A stretch of DNA of 64,000 nucleotides from Burkholderiales bacterium (GCA_035499005.1 DATJZQ010000158.1:3364-67363); one strand, 5' to 3'; positions 28,530 to 40,249 are shown, counted from the first letter of the stretch. Numbers and translations are program-made. The notes: a model not told the origin generated them from the letters alone.

Positions 28530-29873
28530 GTGGGATCTGTCGTGAAGACCGAACCCGCCGCACCCGATCTCTTCCCTGCACCTCAGCCGCAAGCGCCGTT
28601 GGCCGAAGCCATGCGCCCGCAGCGGCTGCAGGACGTGGTGGGGCAAACGCACCTGCTGGGCGAGGGTCGGCCGCTCGCCGTCGCAGCGCGCGCAGGCAAG
28701 CTGCATTCCATGATCCTGTGGGGGCCGCCCGGGGTAGGTAAGACCACCCTCGCGCGCTTGATGGCACGAGCGTGCGACGCGCAATTCATCGCGCTGTCGG
28801 CGGTGTTGTCGGGTGTCAAAGACATCCGCGACGCCGTGGAGCGTGCGCGCAACACGCTGCGCGACAGCGGCCGGCCCACGATCCTGTTCGTCGACGAAGT
28901 GCACCGTTTCAACAAGGCGCAGCAGGATGCGTTCCTTCCTTTCGTCGAGCAGGGCTTGTTCACGTTCATCGGCGCGACCACCGAGAATCCGTCCTTCGAA
29001 GTGAACAGCGCGCTGCTGTCGCGGGCGGCGGTCTACGTGCTTCAGCCACTGAGCGAAGACGAGCTGGCTGTCCTGTTCGAGCGGGCGCGCACCGGCCCTC
29101 TGGGTGGATTGATCTTTTCCGACGATGCCCGCGCGCTGCTGATCGGCTTCGCCGATGGCGATGCGCGGCGTTTATTCAACATGCTGGAGCAGACGGCCGA
29201 CGCGGCGCGCGGAGTGGGACGCAACGAGGCGGACGCGGACTACGTGCGCCAGACGCTCGCTTCCAAGTTGCGCCAGTTCGACAAAGGCGGCGACGCCTTC
29301 TACGATCAGATCTCGGCGCTGCACAAAGCCGTGCGAGGCTCGGCGCCGGATGCTGCTTTGTACTGGCTGTGCCGCATGCTGGACGGAGGGGCAGACCCGC
29401 TGTACATCGGGCGGCGCCTGGTCCGGATGGCGGCCGAGGACATCGGCCTCGCCGATCCGCGTGCGCTGCGCCTGGCTCTCGATGCCTGCGAGACCTACGA
29501 GCGGCTGGGCACGCCAGAGGGAGAGCTGGCGCTCGCGGAGGCCGCCATTTACCTCGCCTGCGCAGCGAAGAGCAACGCACTATACAACGCCTACAACCAG
29601 GCCCGCGCGTTTGTATCGGAAGACGGCTCGCGCCCGGTTCCCATCCATCTTCGCAACGCACCGACCAGGCTGATGAAGGAGCTAGGCTACGGGCGCGAGT
29701 ATCGCTACGCGCACGATGAGCCGGAAGCGTACGCGGCGGGTGAAGACTACCTCCCGGAGGGAATGGGGGACGTGAGATTCTACGCTCCCACCACGCGCGG
29801 GCTGGAGGGCAAGATCAGCGAGAGGCTCGCGCACCTTCGCGACCTCGACCGGCAGGCGCGGAAGAAACCTTAG
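28530..29873 (+). CDS. rarA: Replication-associated recombination protein A (AAA+ ATPase)
   Basis: ORF 447 aa. LWGPPGVGKTTLARL, ILFVDEVHRFNKAQQD, MgsA C-terminal block DAFYDQISALHKAVRGS...ALYWLCRML. Confidence 0.93.
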   Translation: MGSVVKTEPAAPDLFPAPQPQAPLAEAMRPQRLQDVVGQTHLLGEGRPLAVAARAGKLHSMILWGPPGVGKTTLARLMARACDAQFIALSAVLSGVKDIRDAVERARNTLRDSGRPTILFVDEVHRFNKAQQDAFLPFVEQGLFTFIGATTENPSFEVNSALLSRAAVYVLQPLSEDELAVLFERARTGPLGGLIFSDDARALLIGFADGDARRLFNMLEQTADAARGVGRNEADADYVRQTLASKLRQFDKGGDAFYDQISALHKAVRGSAPDAALYWLCRMLDGGADPLYIGRRLVRMAAEDIGLADPRALRLALDACETYERLGTPEGELALAEAAIYLACAAKSNALYNAYNQARAFVSEDGSRPVPIHLRNAPTRLMKELGYGREYRYAHDEPEAYAAGEDYLPEGMGDVRFYAPTTRGLEGKISERLAHLRDLDRQARKKP

Positions 29874-31181
<1,308 letters not shown>

Positions 31182-31195
31182 AGCTCGGCGGCGCG

Positions 31196-32665
31196 CTATT
31201 TGAGCGCGCGAACGTTGGCGCCGGGACCGCGCAGGCCGCCCTGGTCTGCCGGCCGCGGCTCGTCGGCATCTGCGCGCGCGCCCCCGTTGCCTGCCAGCGC
31301 CGTGTACAGGCTCGGGGAATGCGGCTCCTCGAAACGCGCGAGGATGTCGAAGTAGTTGCGGATGTTCTCCGTCAGCGACAGCGCCTCTCCGCCGCGGCAG
31401 AAGCCGCGCTTCACCGTGCTGTAGTACTCGTACCGCGCCAGCAGCGGCAGCACTTTCTTGACGTCCAGCCACAGGTCCGGGTTGCCGCCACGCCGCTGAG
31501 TGAGAATGCGCGCATCTTCCAGATGTCCAAGGCCGATGTTGTACGCGGCGAGCGCGAGCCAGGTGCGGTCAGGCTCGGTGATGCGGCTCGGCAGCGACTC
31601 CTTCAGCTCCTGTAAATACAGTGCCCCGGCGACGATGCTCTGACTCGGATCGAGCCGATCGGTGAGCTGCATGCGATCAGCGGTATCGGAGGTGAGCATC
31701 ATCAGGCCGCGTACGCCCGTGGGCGAGGTCGCGAGCGGGTCCCAATGCGACTCCTGGAAGCCGAGCGCTGCGATCAGCCGCCAGTCGATGCCGGTCTGCT
31801 CCTGTGCCTGCTTGAACATGCTGCGGAAGTGCGGTAACAGGCTCTGTCGAAGCTCCAGGAAGTTCGCGATATCCAGCCGGTTCAGGCGATTGACGTGACC
31901 GTAATAGCGCTCCAGGACTTGCTTGAGCGTACCGTCGTAGCTGATGCGCATGAAGAATTCCTGCGCGCGCTTGTACAGCTCGGGATCGCCTTCCCGGGGG
32001 AAGGCCCAGGCCAGGGGCTGCTGATCGCCGACGGAGAAAGCGCGCCCGAGGTTGGGGTAGAAGTTTCGCCCCACATCGAGCACCGTGGAATCGGTGATCA
32101 CATAGTCCACTTTGCCCTCCGACAGCCGACTGAGCAGCCCCTCGCTGTCATTCTCGGCCACCTCGGTCCAGGTGAGTCCCGGGCTGTGCTTTCTAAGCTG
32201 TTTCAGACGCTCCGACACGCCGGAGCCTCTCACCACTTCGATGCGCTTGCCAACGACATCACGCAGATCGCGCGGCGCTGGGTTGTCGGTGTTGTAGGCG
32301 AGCACGGGCTGCACGAGCTGGTAAGCGGGCCCAAAGCGAAAATCATTAAGTCTAACTGGCGTGATGGCGACGCCGGCGGCGGCGAAGTGCGCGCGCTGCT
32401 CGCTCAGCGCCGGCAGCAGCTGATAGAACGGCTGACGGTCGAGGTAGCGTACCTTCACGCCGAGCTCGCGCGCGAACATCTCGACCAGGTCGTACTCGAG
32501 TCCGGCGTAGCGGCCTTGCGCATCGATGTATCGGGTGGTGGCGGAATTGCGCGTGAGCACCACCAGCTCGCCGGTCTGGTCGAGCGGCGGCACGGGATGC
32601 TGTGCCACGACCCCGGGGTCGCACAGTACCGGCAACATCACCAGCGCGGAGTAGACATTGCGCAT
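31196..32665 (-). CDS. mltF: Membrane-bound lytic murein transglycosylase F
   Basis: ORF 489 aa. N-terminal periplasmic-binding-protein-like domain plus C-terminal SLT domain (LIAALGFQESHWDPLATSPTGVRGLMMLT, AAYNIGLGH). Confidence 0.88.
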   Translation of the reverse strand: MRNVYSALVMLPVLCDPGVVAQHPVPPLDQTGELVVLTRNSATTRYIDAQGRYAGLEYDLVEMFARELGVKVRYLDRQPFYQLLPALSEQRAHFAAAGVAITPVRLNDFRFGPAYQLVQPVLAYNTDNPAPRDLRDVVGKRIEVVRGSGVSERLKQLRKHSPGLTWTEVAENDSEGLLSRLSEGKVDYVITDSTVLDVGRNFYPNLGRAFSVGDQQPLAWAFPREGDPELYKRAQEFFMRISYDGTLKQVLERYYGHVNRLNRLDIANFLELRQSLLPHFRSMFKQAQEQTGIDWRLIAALGFQESHWDPLATSPTGVRGLMMLTSDTADRMQLTDRLDPSQSIVAGALYLQELKESLPSRITEPDRTWLALAAYNIGLGHLEDARILTQRRGGNPDLWLDVKKVLPLLARYEYYSTVKRGFCRGGEALSLTENIRNYFDILARFEEPHSPSLYTALAGNGGARADADEPRPADQGGLRGPGANVRALK

Positions 32666-32809
32666 GCTTACACCGTAGCCGCGTCGCTCAAGAGCTTACT
32701 GAGAAGCAAGAAGAAGGCCGCCGCAATTTCATGTTTTTCCGCACTTTGACCGACGTTGGATCGTGCTCACCGGAGATGGGTTCACTTGCATGTAAAATAG
32801 CGCGCGACA

Positions 32810-32901
<92 letters not shown>

Positions 32902-33271
32902 AGCGCAGCTGCCTGCTGCGGCTTGGTTGTCCGTGTCGGCTGCCTGAGTCGCGCGCCGTCCAGTGTGTCAACGCTAGCCTACACTGGATTGGGGCCGCTT
33001 TCGACATTGCAATCCAGTTTGGCGGAAAAAACTTAAGCCGGAGTTAAGCGCATCCATTGACGTTTCGCTTCGACACTCGTATGCAGCTGCTTGAAGCAGC
33101 AGCATTTGCAGTCACCCTCCGCTCAGCATTGTTGAACTCGCGGCGCCGTTTGAGAACAATAGTGAGAGCAGGTCAACTGCACCTGAGGCGATTTCGGAGG
33201 ACAACGAGGTGGCCGCTGCGCGAGGCCCCGTCCATACCCAACAGGCCTCAAGCATCGACGGAGGTGATTTC

Positions 33272-34381
33272 ATGGCTTCTCTTCTCGATCTTGCTCGCCA
33301 TGGCCAATCAGTGTGGCTCGACTTCATCGACCGCAATCTGGTGGCCCGCGGCGGCTTGCAGCGCCTGGTGGACAGCGGCATCACCGGCGTAACCACCAAT
33401 CCGTCGATCTTCAACAAAGCGATCGGCGGCGGTTCCGACTATGACGAAGGCATACGAGAGCAGATCGAGCGCAACCCTGAGATCGAGCCCGCGCAGCTGT
33501 GCGAAGCCTTGATGGTGGCGGACGTGCAGGCGGCCGCGGACGTGCTGCGGCCGGTCTACGACCGCACGCAGGGGCGCGACGGTTACGTGAGCCTCGAGGT
33601 GCCTCCGGATCTGGCCTACGACGTCGAGCGTACGGTGGCCAGCGCCGGGCGGTTGTGGGCATCTGTGGGACGCCCGAACGCGATGATCAAAGTGCCGGGA
33701 ACGACGCAAGGCGTGCAGGCATTCGAGCGCCTGATCGCCTCCGGGATCAACGTCAACGTCACCCTGCTGTTCGGCGTGGCGCGCTATGAGGAGGTGGTGC
33801 GCGCGTGGGCTCGCGGCCTGTCGCAAAGCGCTCGGCCGCGCGACATCGCGTCGGTTGCCTCATTTTTCGTGAGCCGCGTGGACACCAAGGTGGACCGACG
33901 CCTCGACGCAATCGGCGGTGCCGAGGCCGCACGCCTGCGCGGGCACATCGCTGTGGGCAACGCCAAGGCGGCCTACCAGCGTTTCAAGGCCCTGCTGAAC
34001 GAGCCCGACATCGCCGCACAACTAAAACGCGGCGCCCGGCCCCAGAGACCGCTGTGGGCCAGCACCAGCACCAAGGACCCGAGTTACAGCGATGTGCTGT
34101 ACGTGGAATCTTTGATCGGCCCCGACACCGTCAACACGCTGCCGCCGGAGACGCTCGACGCTTTTCTCTACCACGGTGAAGCAAGCTATTCGCTGGAAAA
34201 CGACACCGATGTCGCCCAGCGCGAGCTGCACGCGCTCGAAACGCTCGGCATCGATCTGCACGCCATTACGCGGGAGCTGGAAGGCGAGGGCGTGAAGAGC
34301 TTCCAGGCATCCTGGGACGATCTGCTGGGCGCGCTCGAGCGGAAGCGCTTCGCGGTGGCGAAGGATTTCGCCGGTCCCTGA
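33272..34381 (+). CDS. tal: Transaldolase
   Basis: ORF 33209..34381 trimmed to ATG 33272 (GGAGGTGA RBS). QSVWLDFIDR...GVTTNPSIF...MIKVPGT family blocks. Confidence 0.9.
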   Translation: MASLLDLARHGQSVWLDFIDRNLVARGGLQRLVDSGITGVTTNPSIFNKAIGGGSDYDEGIREQIERNPEIEPAQLCEALMVADVQAAADVLRPVYDRTQGRDGYVSLEVPPDLAYDVERTVASAGRLWASVGRPNAMIKVPGTTQGVQAFERLIASGINVNVTLLFGVARYEEVVRAWARGLSQSARPRDIASVASFFVSRVDTKVDRRLDAIGGAEAARLRGHIAVGNAKAAYQRFKALLNEPDIAAQLKRGARPQRPLWASTSTKDPSYSDVLYVESLIGPDTVNTLPPETLDAFLYHGEASYSLENDTDVAQRELHALETLGIDLHAITRELEGEGVKSFQASWDDLLGALERKRFAVAKDFAGP

Positions 34382-34396
34382 GGCGCCTGCCTCCGG

Positions 34397-34402
34397 TATA
34401 AT
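34397..34402 (+). promoter_or_regulatory. Perfect TATAAT hexamer 22 nt upstream of ccmA (candidate -10 box of the ccm operon)
   Basis: Exact hexamer in the 43-nt tal/ccmA spacer. Poor -35. Confidence 0.3.
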
Positions 34403-34424
34403 TTGCCACTTTTTGCGGGGCGTG

Positions 34425-35045
34425 ATGCTCGACGCGGCGTCTCTGGAATGCGTGCGAGGCCAACGCCGCCTGTTTCATCGCCTGTCGTTCAATCTTCCTT
34501 CCGGCCACGTGCTGTGGGTGCTGGGGCCTAACGGAAGCGGCAAGACCAGCCTCATCCGGATGTTGTGCGGATTGCTGCGGCCGGATGCGGGTGAGGTGCG
34601 CTGGAGGGGCGAGGAGGTACGGGCCTCGGGCGACAGCTTCCATGCGGACCTGCTCTATCTGGGTCACGCGCCGGCGGTGAAGGGCGATCTCACCAGCCTC
34701 GAGAACGTGCGTTTCGGGCTGGCGCAAACCGGGCTTGGCGCCGATGCGCACGAAGCCGAGGCGGCGCTGAACGAGTTCGGTCTGGCGGGACGCGAACGGC
34801 TGCTCGCCCGCTTCCTGTCGGCCGGGCAGCAGCGGCGCGTCGGCCTGAGCCGCTTAGCGCTCGGGAGGTCAAAGCCGTTGTGGATCCTGGACGAGCCGTT
34901 CACGGCGCTCGACTCCCAGGCCGTGGAGCTGGTTCAGTCCCATCTGACGCGGCACGTGATGGGCGGCGGGACTGTCGTGCTGGCGAGCCATCACGACATC
35001 GGTTTTGCAGGAACCCCGGTGCAGCGGCTGCAGCTCGGCGCATGA
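34425..35045 (+). CDS. ccmA: Heme exporter ATP-binding protein CcmA
   Basis: ORF 34413..35045. Walker A GPNGSGKTS, signature LSAGQQRR, Walker B LWILDEP. ATG 34425 preferred over TTG 34413. Confidence 0.92.
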   Translation: MLDAASLECVRGQRRLFHRLSFNLPSGHVLWVLGPNGSGKTSLIRMLCGLLRPDAGEVRWRGEEVRASGDSFHADLLYLGHAPAVKGDLTSLENVRFGLAQTGLGADAHEAEAALNEFGLAGRERLLARFLSAGQQRRVGLSRLALGRSKPLWILDEPFTALDSQAVELVQSHLTRHVMGGGTVVLASHHDIGFAGTPVQRLQLGA

Positions 35046-35725
35046 AACCGCTCGCTTTGGCGCCGATGCTCGCGTCGGTGGTTCGGCGCGATCTCACGCT
35101 GGCACTGAGGCGGCGCTCGGATGCGCTCACGACATTCTTCTTTTTCGTCATCGTGGTCAGCTTGTTTCCCCTTGGCATCAGCCCAGAGCCAAGTATCCTG
35201 CGGGTCATCGCCCCCGGCGTAGTCTGGGTTGCGGCGCTGCTCGCCTCAATGTTGGCGCTACTGCGCCTGTTCGCGCCGGACTTCGACGACGGCACGCTGG
35301 AGCAGCTCGCGCTTAGCCCGCAGCCCTTGGTTCTGCTGGTGAGCGCGAAGGTGCTGGCGCATTGGCTGGTGACTGGCCTGCCGCTGGTATTGATCGCGCC
35401 TCTGCTCGGCCTGCAGTTCCAGCTTCCCGCGAGCGCGCTTGGCAACATGACGCTGTCCCTGCTTCTCGGCACCCCTTGCTTGAGCTTGATTGGTGCGATC
35501 GGCGCAGCGCTGACGTTGGGGGTGCGCGGTGCCGGCGCACTGCTGGCACTCCTGGTGCTGCCGCTGTATATCCCGGTGCTGATCTTCGGGGCGGCGGCGG
35601 TTTCGGCCAGCACCGAGGGCATGCCGGCAGGCGGGCATCTGTCCGTGCTGGGAGCGTTGCTGCTGCTCGCCATCGTGTTCGGTCCAGTCGCATCGGCGGC
35701 TGCGGTGCGCATCGCTCTGGGATAG
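35042..35725 (+). CDS. ccmB: Heme exporter membrane protein CcmB
   Basis: In-frame part of ORF 34880..35725 from ATG 35042 (ATGA overlap with ccmA stop). Six TM segments, LFAPDFDDGTLEQL block. Confidence 0.9.
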   Translation: MKPLALAPMLASVVRRDLTLALRRRSDALTTFFFFVIVVSLFPLGISPEPSILRVIAPGVVWVAALLASMLALLRLFAPDFDDGTLEQLALSPQPLVLLVSAKVLAHWLVTGLPLVLIAPLLGLQFQLPASALGNMTLSLLLGTPCLSLIGAIGAALTLGVRGAGALLALLVLPLYIPVLIFGAAAVSASTEGMPAGGHLSVLGALLLLAIVFGPVASAAAVRIALG

Positions 35726-35732
35726 GCCCGAC

Positions 35733-36473
35733 ATGGCGCTCAACTGGTGGAAATACGCCGCGCCGCAAACGTTTTATCCGCTGGCCGGCCGACTTGCGCC
35801 GTGGTTCCTTGCGCTCGCTGCAGCGCTGGCTGCGGCGGGCCTTTACATCGGTTTGTTCGCGGCTCCGACCGACTTCCAGCAAGGCGAGTCGTACCGGATC
35901 ATCTTCGTGCATGTGCCCGCGGCCTGGATGTCCATGTTCATGTATGTGGTGATGGCGTCATGGTGTGCAGTCGGGTTGGCGCTGGGCACCCGTCTGTCAT
36001 TCATCATGGCGCTCGCGATCGCGCCCACCGGCGCGATGTTCACCTTCATCGCACTGTGGAGCGGCTCGCTGTGGGGTAAGCCGACTTGGGGCACCTGGTG
36101 GGTGTGGGACGCGCGCCTCACTTCGGAGCTGATTCTGCTGTTCCTGTACATCGGCTTCATGGCGTTGCATGCCGCGATCGACGACGTGCGGCGCGCCGAC
36201 CGCGCTGCGGCGCTGCTCGCCCTGGTCGGGGTGGTCAACGTGCCCATCATCTATTTCTCGGTGAAGTGGTGGAACACGCTTCATCAGGGCGCCTCGGTGA
36301 GCCTGACACGCGCACCCTCCATGGCTGCGACCATGCTCGTTGGAATGCTGATCATGGCGCTCGCCGCGTGGATGTACGCGATCGCTGCGAGCCTCTATCG
36401 GGTGCGCAGCATCATCCTCGAGCGTGAGGCGCATGCGGACTGGGTGCGGCAACTGCCCGAGGCGAACGCATGA
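35733..36473 (+). CDS. ccmC: Heme exporter protein CcmC
   Basis: ORF 246 aa. [18 protein letters not shown] tryptophan-rich (WGxxWxWD-type) motif. Confidence 0.93.
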   Translation: MALNWWKYAAPQTFYPLAGRLAPWFLALAAALAAAGLYIGLFAAPTDFQQGESYRIIFVHVPAAWMSMFMYVVMASWCAVGLALGTRLSFIMALAIAPTGAMFTFIALWSGSLWGKPTWGTWWVWDARLTSELILLFLYIGFMALHAAIDDVRRADRAAALLALVGVVNVPIIYFSVKWWNTLHQGASVSLTRAPSMAATMLVGMLIMALAAWMYAIAASLYRVRSIILEREAHADWVRQLPEANA

Positions 36474-36649
36474 GCTGGGACAGCCCCCAGGCTTTCTTCG
36501 CGATGGGCGGGTACGCCGCGTATGTCTGGGGGTCGTACGGGCTCGCCGCCGTGTGCATCGCCGTGGAGTTGTGGCTCCTACGTCGACGTCGACGAACTCT
36601 GCTCCGGGCTCTCGGTCGTACGGGCGGGAGGAGGGACGGACCCGCATGA
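36470..36649 (+). CDS. ccmD: Heme exporter protein CcmD (59 aa)
   Basis: Not in the ORF track (below size cut-off). Hand translation gives [59 protein letters not shown]. Single TM followed by basic tail. ATGA overlaps with ccmC stop and ccmE start. Confidence 0.85.
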   Translation: MSWDSPQAFFAMGGYAAYVWGSYGLAAVCIAVELWLLRRRRRTLLRALGRTGGRRDGPA

Positions 36650-37116
36650 GGCCGAGGCACAAACGACTGGCATTGATCGGTGTTGGGCTGGCGGCCCTCG
36701 GCGCCGCCGCCGCCTTGATCCTCAACGCGTTTCAGAGCAATCTCGTGTTTTTTTTCAGCCCTTCGCAGGTGGCGGCCCACGAGGCGCCACAGGGGCGCAG
36801 CTTTCGCATCGGTGGCCTGGTGCAACCGGGCAGCGTGCAGCGTGAGGTTAACGGGGTCGGCGTGCGCTTCGTCGTCACCGACACCGCGCATGACATTGCT
36901 GTCGTCTACAGCGGGATGCTGCCCGACTTGTTCAAGGAGGGAAAGGGCGTGGTGGCGCTGGGGCAGCTCGGTGGCGACGGCGTGTTCCGCGCGCAGGAGG
37001 TGTTGGCTAAGCACGACGAGAACTACATGCCGCCGGAGGCAGCGGATGCGGTGGAGAAGGCCCGGCGCGCAGCCCTCACCTCGCAGAAGACCTTGATCGT
37101 TCCGTCAAGGAAGTAA
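36646..37116 (+). CDS. ccmE: Cytochrome c-type biogenesis heme chaperone CcmE
   Basis: In-frame part of ORF 36424..37116 from ATG 36646. FRIGGLV, heme-binding [10 protein letters not shown] (HxxxY). Confidence 0.93.
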   Translation: MRPRHKRLALIGVGLAALGAAAALILNAFQSNLVFFFSPSQVAAHEAPQGRSFRIGGLVQPGSVQREVNGVGVRFVVTDTAHDIAVVYSGMLPDLFKEGKGVVALGQLGGDGVFRAQEVLAKHDENYMPPEAADAVEKARRAALTSQKTLIVPSRK

Positions 37117-37141
37117 ACACGCACATAGAGATGAAACACCC

Positions 37142-39142
37142 ATGATCCCGGAGCTCGGACACTTCGCCCTCATCGTGGCGCTGTGCATCGCGTGCGTGCA
37201 GGCATCGATCCCGCTGCTTGGCGCACAGCGCGGCGACGCCGCCTGGATGGCCCTGGCGCGGCCAGCGGCGCAGGGTCAGCTCGTGTTCGTCGTGATCGCC
37301 TTTGCGTGCTTGGCGTGGTCGTTCGTCAGCAACGACTTCTCGGTGCTCAACGTCGCGTCGAACTCGAATTCTCACCTGCCCCTGCGCTACCGTTTCGCCG
37401 CCACGTGGGGCAGCCACGAGGGCTCGCTGCTGCTTTGGGTGCTCATGCTGAACCTGTGGATGACAGCGGTCAGCGTGTTCAGCCGGCATCTGCCCGACGC
37501 GATGACGGCCAGGATACTTTCTGTAATGGCTGCGATCAGCGTCGGCTTCCTGCTGTTCTTGCTGTTCACTTCGAATCCCTTTGAGCGCTTGCTGCCGCCG
37601 GCTCCCGACGGGCGCGACTTGAACCCGCTGCTGCAGGATCCGGGCATGGTCATTCACCCGCCCATGCTCTACATGGGATACGTGGGCTTCTCGGTGGCGT
37701 TTGCCTTTGCCATTGCCGCGCTCATCGGCGGACAGCTGGATGCTGCCTGGGCCCGCTGGTCGCGCCCCTGGACCACGCTGGCGTGGGCCTTCCTCACGGT
37801 GGGCATTGCGTTGGGCAGCGGCTGGGCCTACTACGTACTCGGCTGGGGCGGCTGGTGGTTCTGGGATCCCGTCGAGAACGCGTCGTTCATGCCATGGCTG
37901 GTGGGGACGGCTCTGATGCACTCGCTCGCGGTGACCGAAAAGCGCGGCGGCTTCAAGCTGTGGACGGTGCTGCTCGCGATCGTTGCGTTCTCGCTGAGCC
38001 TGCTCGGCACATTTCTCGTGCGCTCGGGGGTACTCACCTCGGTGCACGCTTTTGCCACCGACCCCAAGCGTGGCATCTTCATTCTGGCGTTTCTGGCGCT
38101 GGTGATCGGGGCCTCGCTGCTGCTGTTTGCGTGGCGCGCGCCGAGGGTCGGCCTGGGCGGTGCCTTCGGCCTGCTGTCGCGCGAGTCGGCGCTGTTGGTC
38201 AACAACGTGCTGCTCGTGGTTGCGGCGGCGGCCGTGCTGCTCGGGACGCTGTACCCGCTGTTCCACGAGGTCCTCGGTTACGGCAAGCTCTCGGTCGGCC
38301 TGCCGTGGTTCGAGGTCACTTTCCCTATCGCGATGGTGCCCGCGGTGCTGGTGATGGGAATCGGCCCGCTTCTACGCTGGAAGGAAGATCAACCGAGCGC
38401 GCTGGCGAGGCGCCTTAGATGGGCCTTTGCCGCGTCGATAGTGATCGCGGTCCTGGTGCCGGTGGCGATGGGCGGGTGGTCGAACTGGGTCGCGGTCGGC
38501 GTCTTCCTCGCGGCCTGGGTGGCCGCGACAAGCTGCGTGAATCTCGCCCACCGTGTCGCGCAAGCGCGCGCTTCCGGCGTGGAGTCTCCGAGCGCGGCTA
38601 TCCGACGGCTCCCGCGCGGCTACTGGGGCATGCTGGCCGCTCACCTCGGCGTGTGCGTCTTCATCGTCGGCGTGACGCTGGTGCGTGGTTACGAGGCGCA
38701 GAAGGATGTTCGCATGACGCCGGGCGATACGGTCGCGGTCGGCGGTTATCAGTTTCGTCTCGAGGGACTCAGGGATGTGCACGGACCTAATTACGAAGCG
38801 ACGCGTGGCATTTTCAACGTGACCAGAGGCGGCCGGCCGGTCGCAACGCTGTATCCGGAGAAGCGCTTCTTCACGGTGCAGCAGATGCCCGTCACCGATG
38901 CGGCGATCGATAGCGGTGTCACGCGCGACCTGTACGTCTCGCTCGGCGAGCCGCTGCAGGACGGGGCGTGGACCGTGCGCGTGCAGTACAAGCCGTTCGT
39001 CGACTGGATCTGGGGCGGGGCCTTCTTGATGGCGCTGGGCGGGTTGATCGCCGTTACGGACCGTCGCTACCGGTTGGCTCGCCGCGAACGGAATGTGTCG
39101 GTGGGCGCCGGCGCAGAGCCTGCGGCGCAAGGCGCGCGATGA
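37142..39142 (+). CDS. ccmF: Cytochrome c-type biogenesis heme lyase subunit CcmF
   Basis: ORF 666 aa. Polytopic, WGGWWFWDPVENASFMPWL tryptophan-rich motif. Confidence 0.95.
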   Translation: MIPELGHFALIVALCIACVQASIPLLGAQRGDAAWMALARPAAQGQLVFVVIAFACLAWSFVSNDFSVLNVASNSNSHLPLRYRFAATWGSHEGSLLLWVLMLNLWMTAVSVFSRHLPDAMTARILSVMAAISVGFLLFLLFTSNPFERLLPPAPDGRDLNPLLQDPGMVIHPPMLYMGYVGFSVAFAFAIAALIGGQLDAAWARWSRPWTTLAWAFLTVGIALGSGWAYYVLGWGGWWFWDPVENASFMPWLVGTALMHSLAVTEKRGGFKLWTVLLAIVAFSLSLLGTFLVRSGVLTSVHAFATDPKRGIFILAFLALVIGASLLLFAWRAPRVGLGGAFGLLSRESALLVNNVLLVVAAAAVLLGTLYPLFHEVLGYGKLSVGLPWFEVTFPIAMVPAVLVMGIGPLLRWKEDQPSALARRLRWAFAASIVIAVLVPVAMGGWSNWVAVGVFLAAWVAATSCVNLAHRVAQARASGVESPSAAIRRLPRGYWGMLAAHLGVCVFIVGVTLVRGYEAQKDVRMTPGDTVAVGGYQFRLEGLRDVHGPNYEATRGIFNVTRGGRPVATLYPEKRFFTVQQMPVTDAAIDSGVTRDLYVSLGEPLQDGAWTVRVQYKPFVDWIWGGAFLMALGGLIAVTDRRYRLARRERNVSVGAGAEPAAQGAR

Positions 39143-39672
39143 AAAGCCTGCGCTTCATACTCCCGCTGCTTCTGTTCCTGGTCCTCCTGGTATTTCTCTG
39201 GGTCGGCCTCTCGCTCGATCCGCGCGAGGTCCCGTCGCCGCTGGTCGGGAAGGCGGCCCCGGCTTTCCGCCTGGCGCGCCTGGACGACCCTGCGAAGTCC
39301 GTGGCGGACGGCGATCTGCGCGGTCAGGTGTGGCTGCTCAACGTGTGGGCGTCCTGGTGTGTGTCATGTGTCGAAGAGCACCCGGTGCTGGTGGAGTTGT
39401 CCAAGCAAGGCCTCGTACCGATCTATGGCCTCAACTACAAGGACAATCGGCCGGCGGCGCAGGCATGGCTCGCGCGCAACGGCAACCCGTACACGCTTTC
39501 GGTGAGCGATCCCGACGGCAAGGTCGGCATCGACTATGGTGTGTACGGCGTGCCCGAAACCTACGTCATCGACAAGAGCGGCGTCATCCGCTTCAAGCAG
39601 ATCGGACCGGTCACGCTCAAGGTGCTCGGCCAGCGCATTCTCCCGCTGGTGAAACGGCTGCAGGCGTCGTGA
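39139..39672 (+). CDS. ccmG: Thiol:disulfide interchange protein CcmG/DsbE
   Basis: In-frame part of ORF 38968..39672 from ATG 39139 (ATGA overlap with ccmF). N-terminal anchor, active site WASWCVSC, GVYGVPETY. Confidence 0.92.
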   Translation: MKSLRFILPLLLFLVLLVFLWVGLSLDPREVPSPLVGKAAPAFRLARLDDPAKSVADGDLRGQVWLLNVWASWCVSCVEEHPVLVELSKQGLVPIYGLNYKDNRPAAQAWLARNGNPYTLSVSDPDGKVGIDYGVYGVPETYVIDKSGVIRFKQIGPVTLKVLGQRILPLVKRLQAS

Positions 39673-40142
39673 TCCGGGGACTGCTCGCTGCTCTGCTGTG
39701 TTTGGTTCCAGCGCTGGCGGCCGCCAACGAAGCGCCGCCGGCGGCGGAGGACCCGGTGCTCGAGCAACGCCTCGCGCGCCTTACGCAGGAGCTGCGCTGT
39801 CTGGTGTGCCAGAACGAGAGCCTGGCGGACTCTCACGCCGATCTCGCTGCCGATCTGCGCAACCAGATGCGCGAACAGATGCGGGCCGGCCGGAGCGATG
39901 AGCAGATCAAGGCATGGCTCACCGAGCGCTATGGCGACTTCGTGCTCTACCGCACGCCACTCAAGGCCACCACCGCGGTGTTGTGGTTTGGGCCTGCCGT
40001 GCTGCTCATTGGCGGGTTGGGTGGTCTGGTGGTGTACCTGACCCGCCGGCGTGGGCGCGTCACCGCGCGCACGCTGACAGCGTCGGAACACGCGCGGGCC
40101 CAGGCCTTGCTCCAGGCCGACGAGCCTCCGGGCCCCGCCTGA
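39669..40142 (+). CDS. ccmH: Cytochrome c-type biogenesis protein CcmH (NrfF-like)
   Basis: In-frame part of ORF 39093..40142 from GTG 39669 (GTGA overlap with ccmG stop). Signal peptide, LRCLVCQNESLADS motif, C-terminal TM. Confidence 0.88.
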   Translation: MIRGLLAALLCLVPALAAANEAPPAAEDPVLEQRLARLTQELRCLVCQNESLADSHADLAADLRNQMREQMRAGRSDEQIKAWLTERYGDFVLYRTPLKATTAVLWFGPAVLLIGGLGGLVVYLTRRRGRVTARTLTASEHARAQALLQADEPPGPA

Positions 40143-40181
40143 GGCGTGGTGCCGCGAGCCGGGGCGCCAGCCGCGCTGCGC

Positions 40182-40187
40182 TATAAT
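40182..40187 (+). promoter_or_regulatory. Perfect TATAAT hexamer 62 nt upstream of ccmI (candidate internal -10 box)
   Basis: Exact hexamer in the 107-nt ccmH/ccmI spacer, flanked by GCGC...GCGC and followed by CTTTTTC. Confidence 0.25.
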
Positions 40188-40249
40188 TCGCGCCTTTTTC
40201 GTGCCATTTTCGAGCAACGCAAGCTGCCTCGCCACGTGGGCAGCCGATC

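Noticed and set aside
37076-38266. 396-aa minus-strand ORF
   Set aside because: It is antisense to ccmF. It is highly charged Arg/Gln/His-rich with no motifs.
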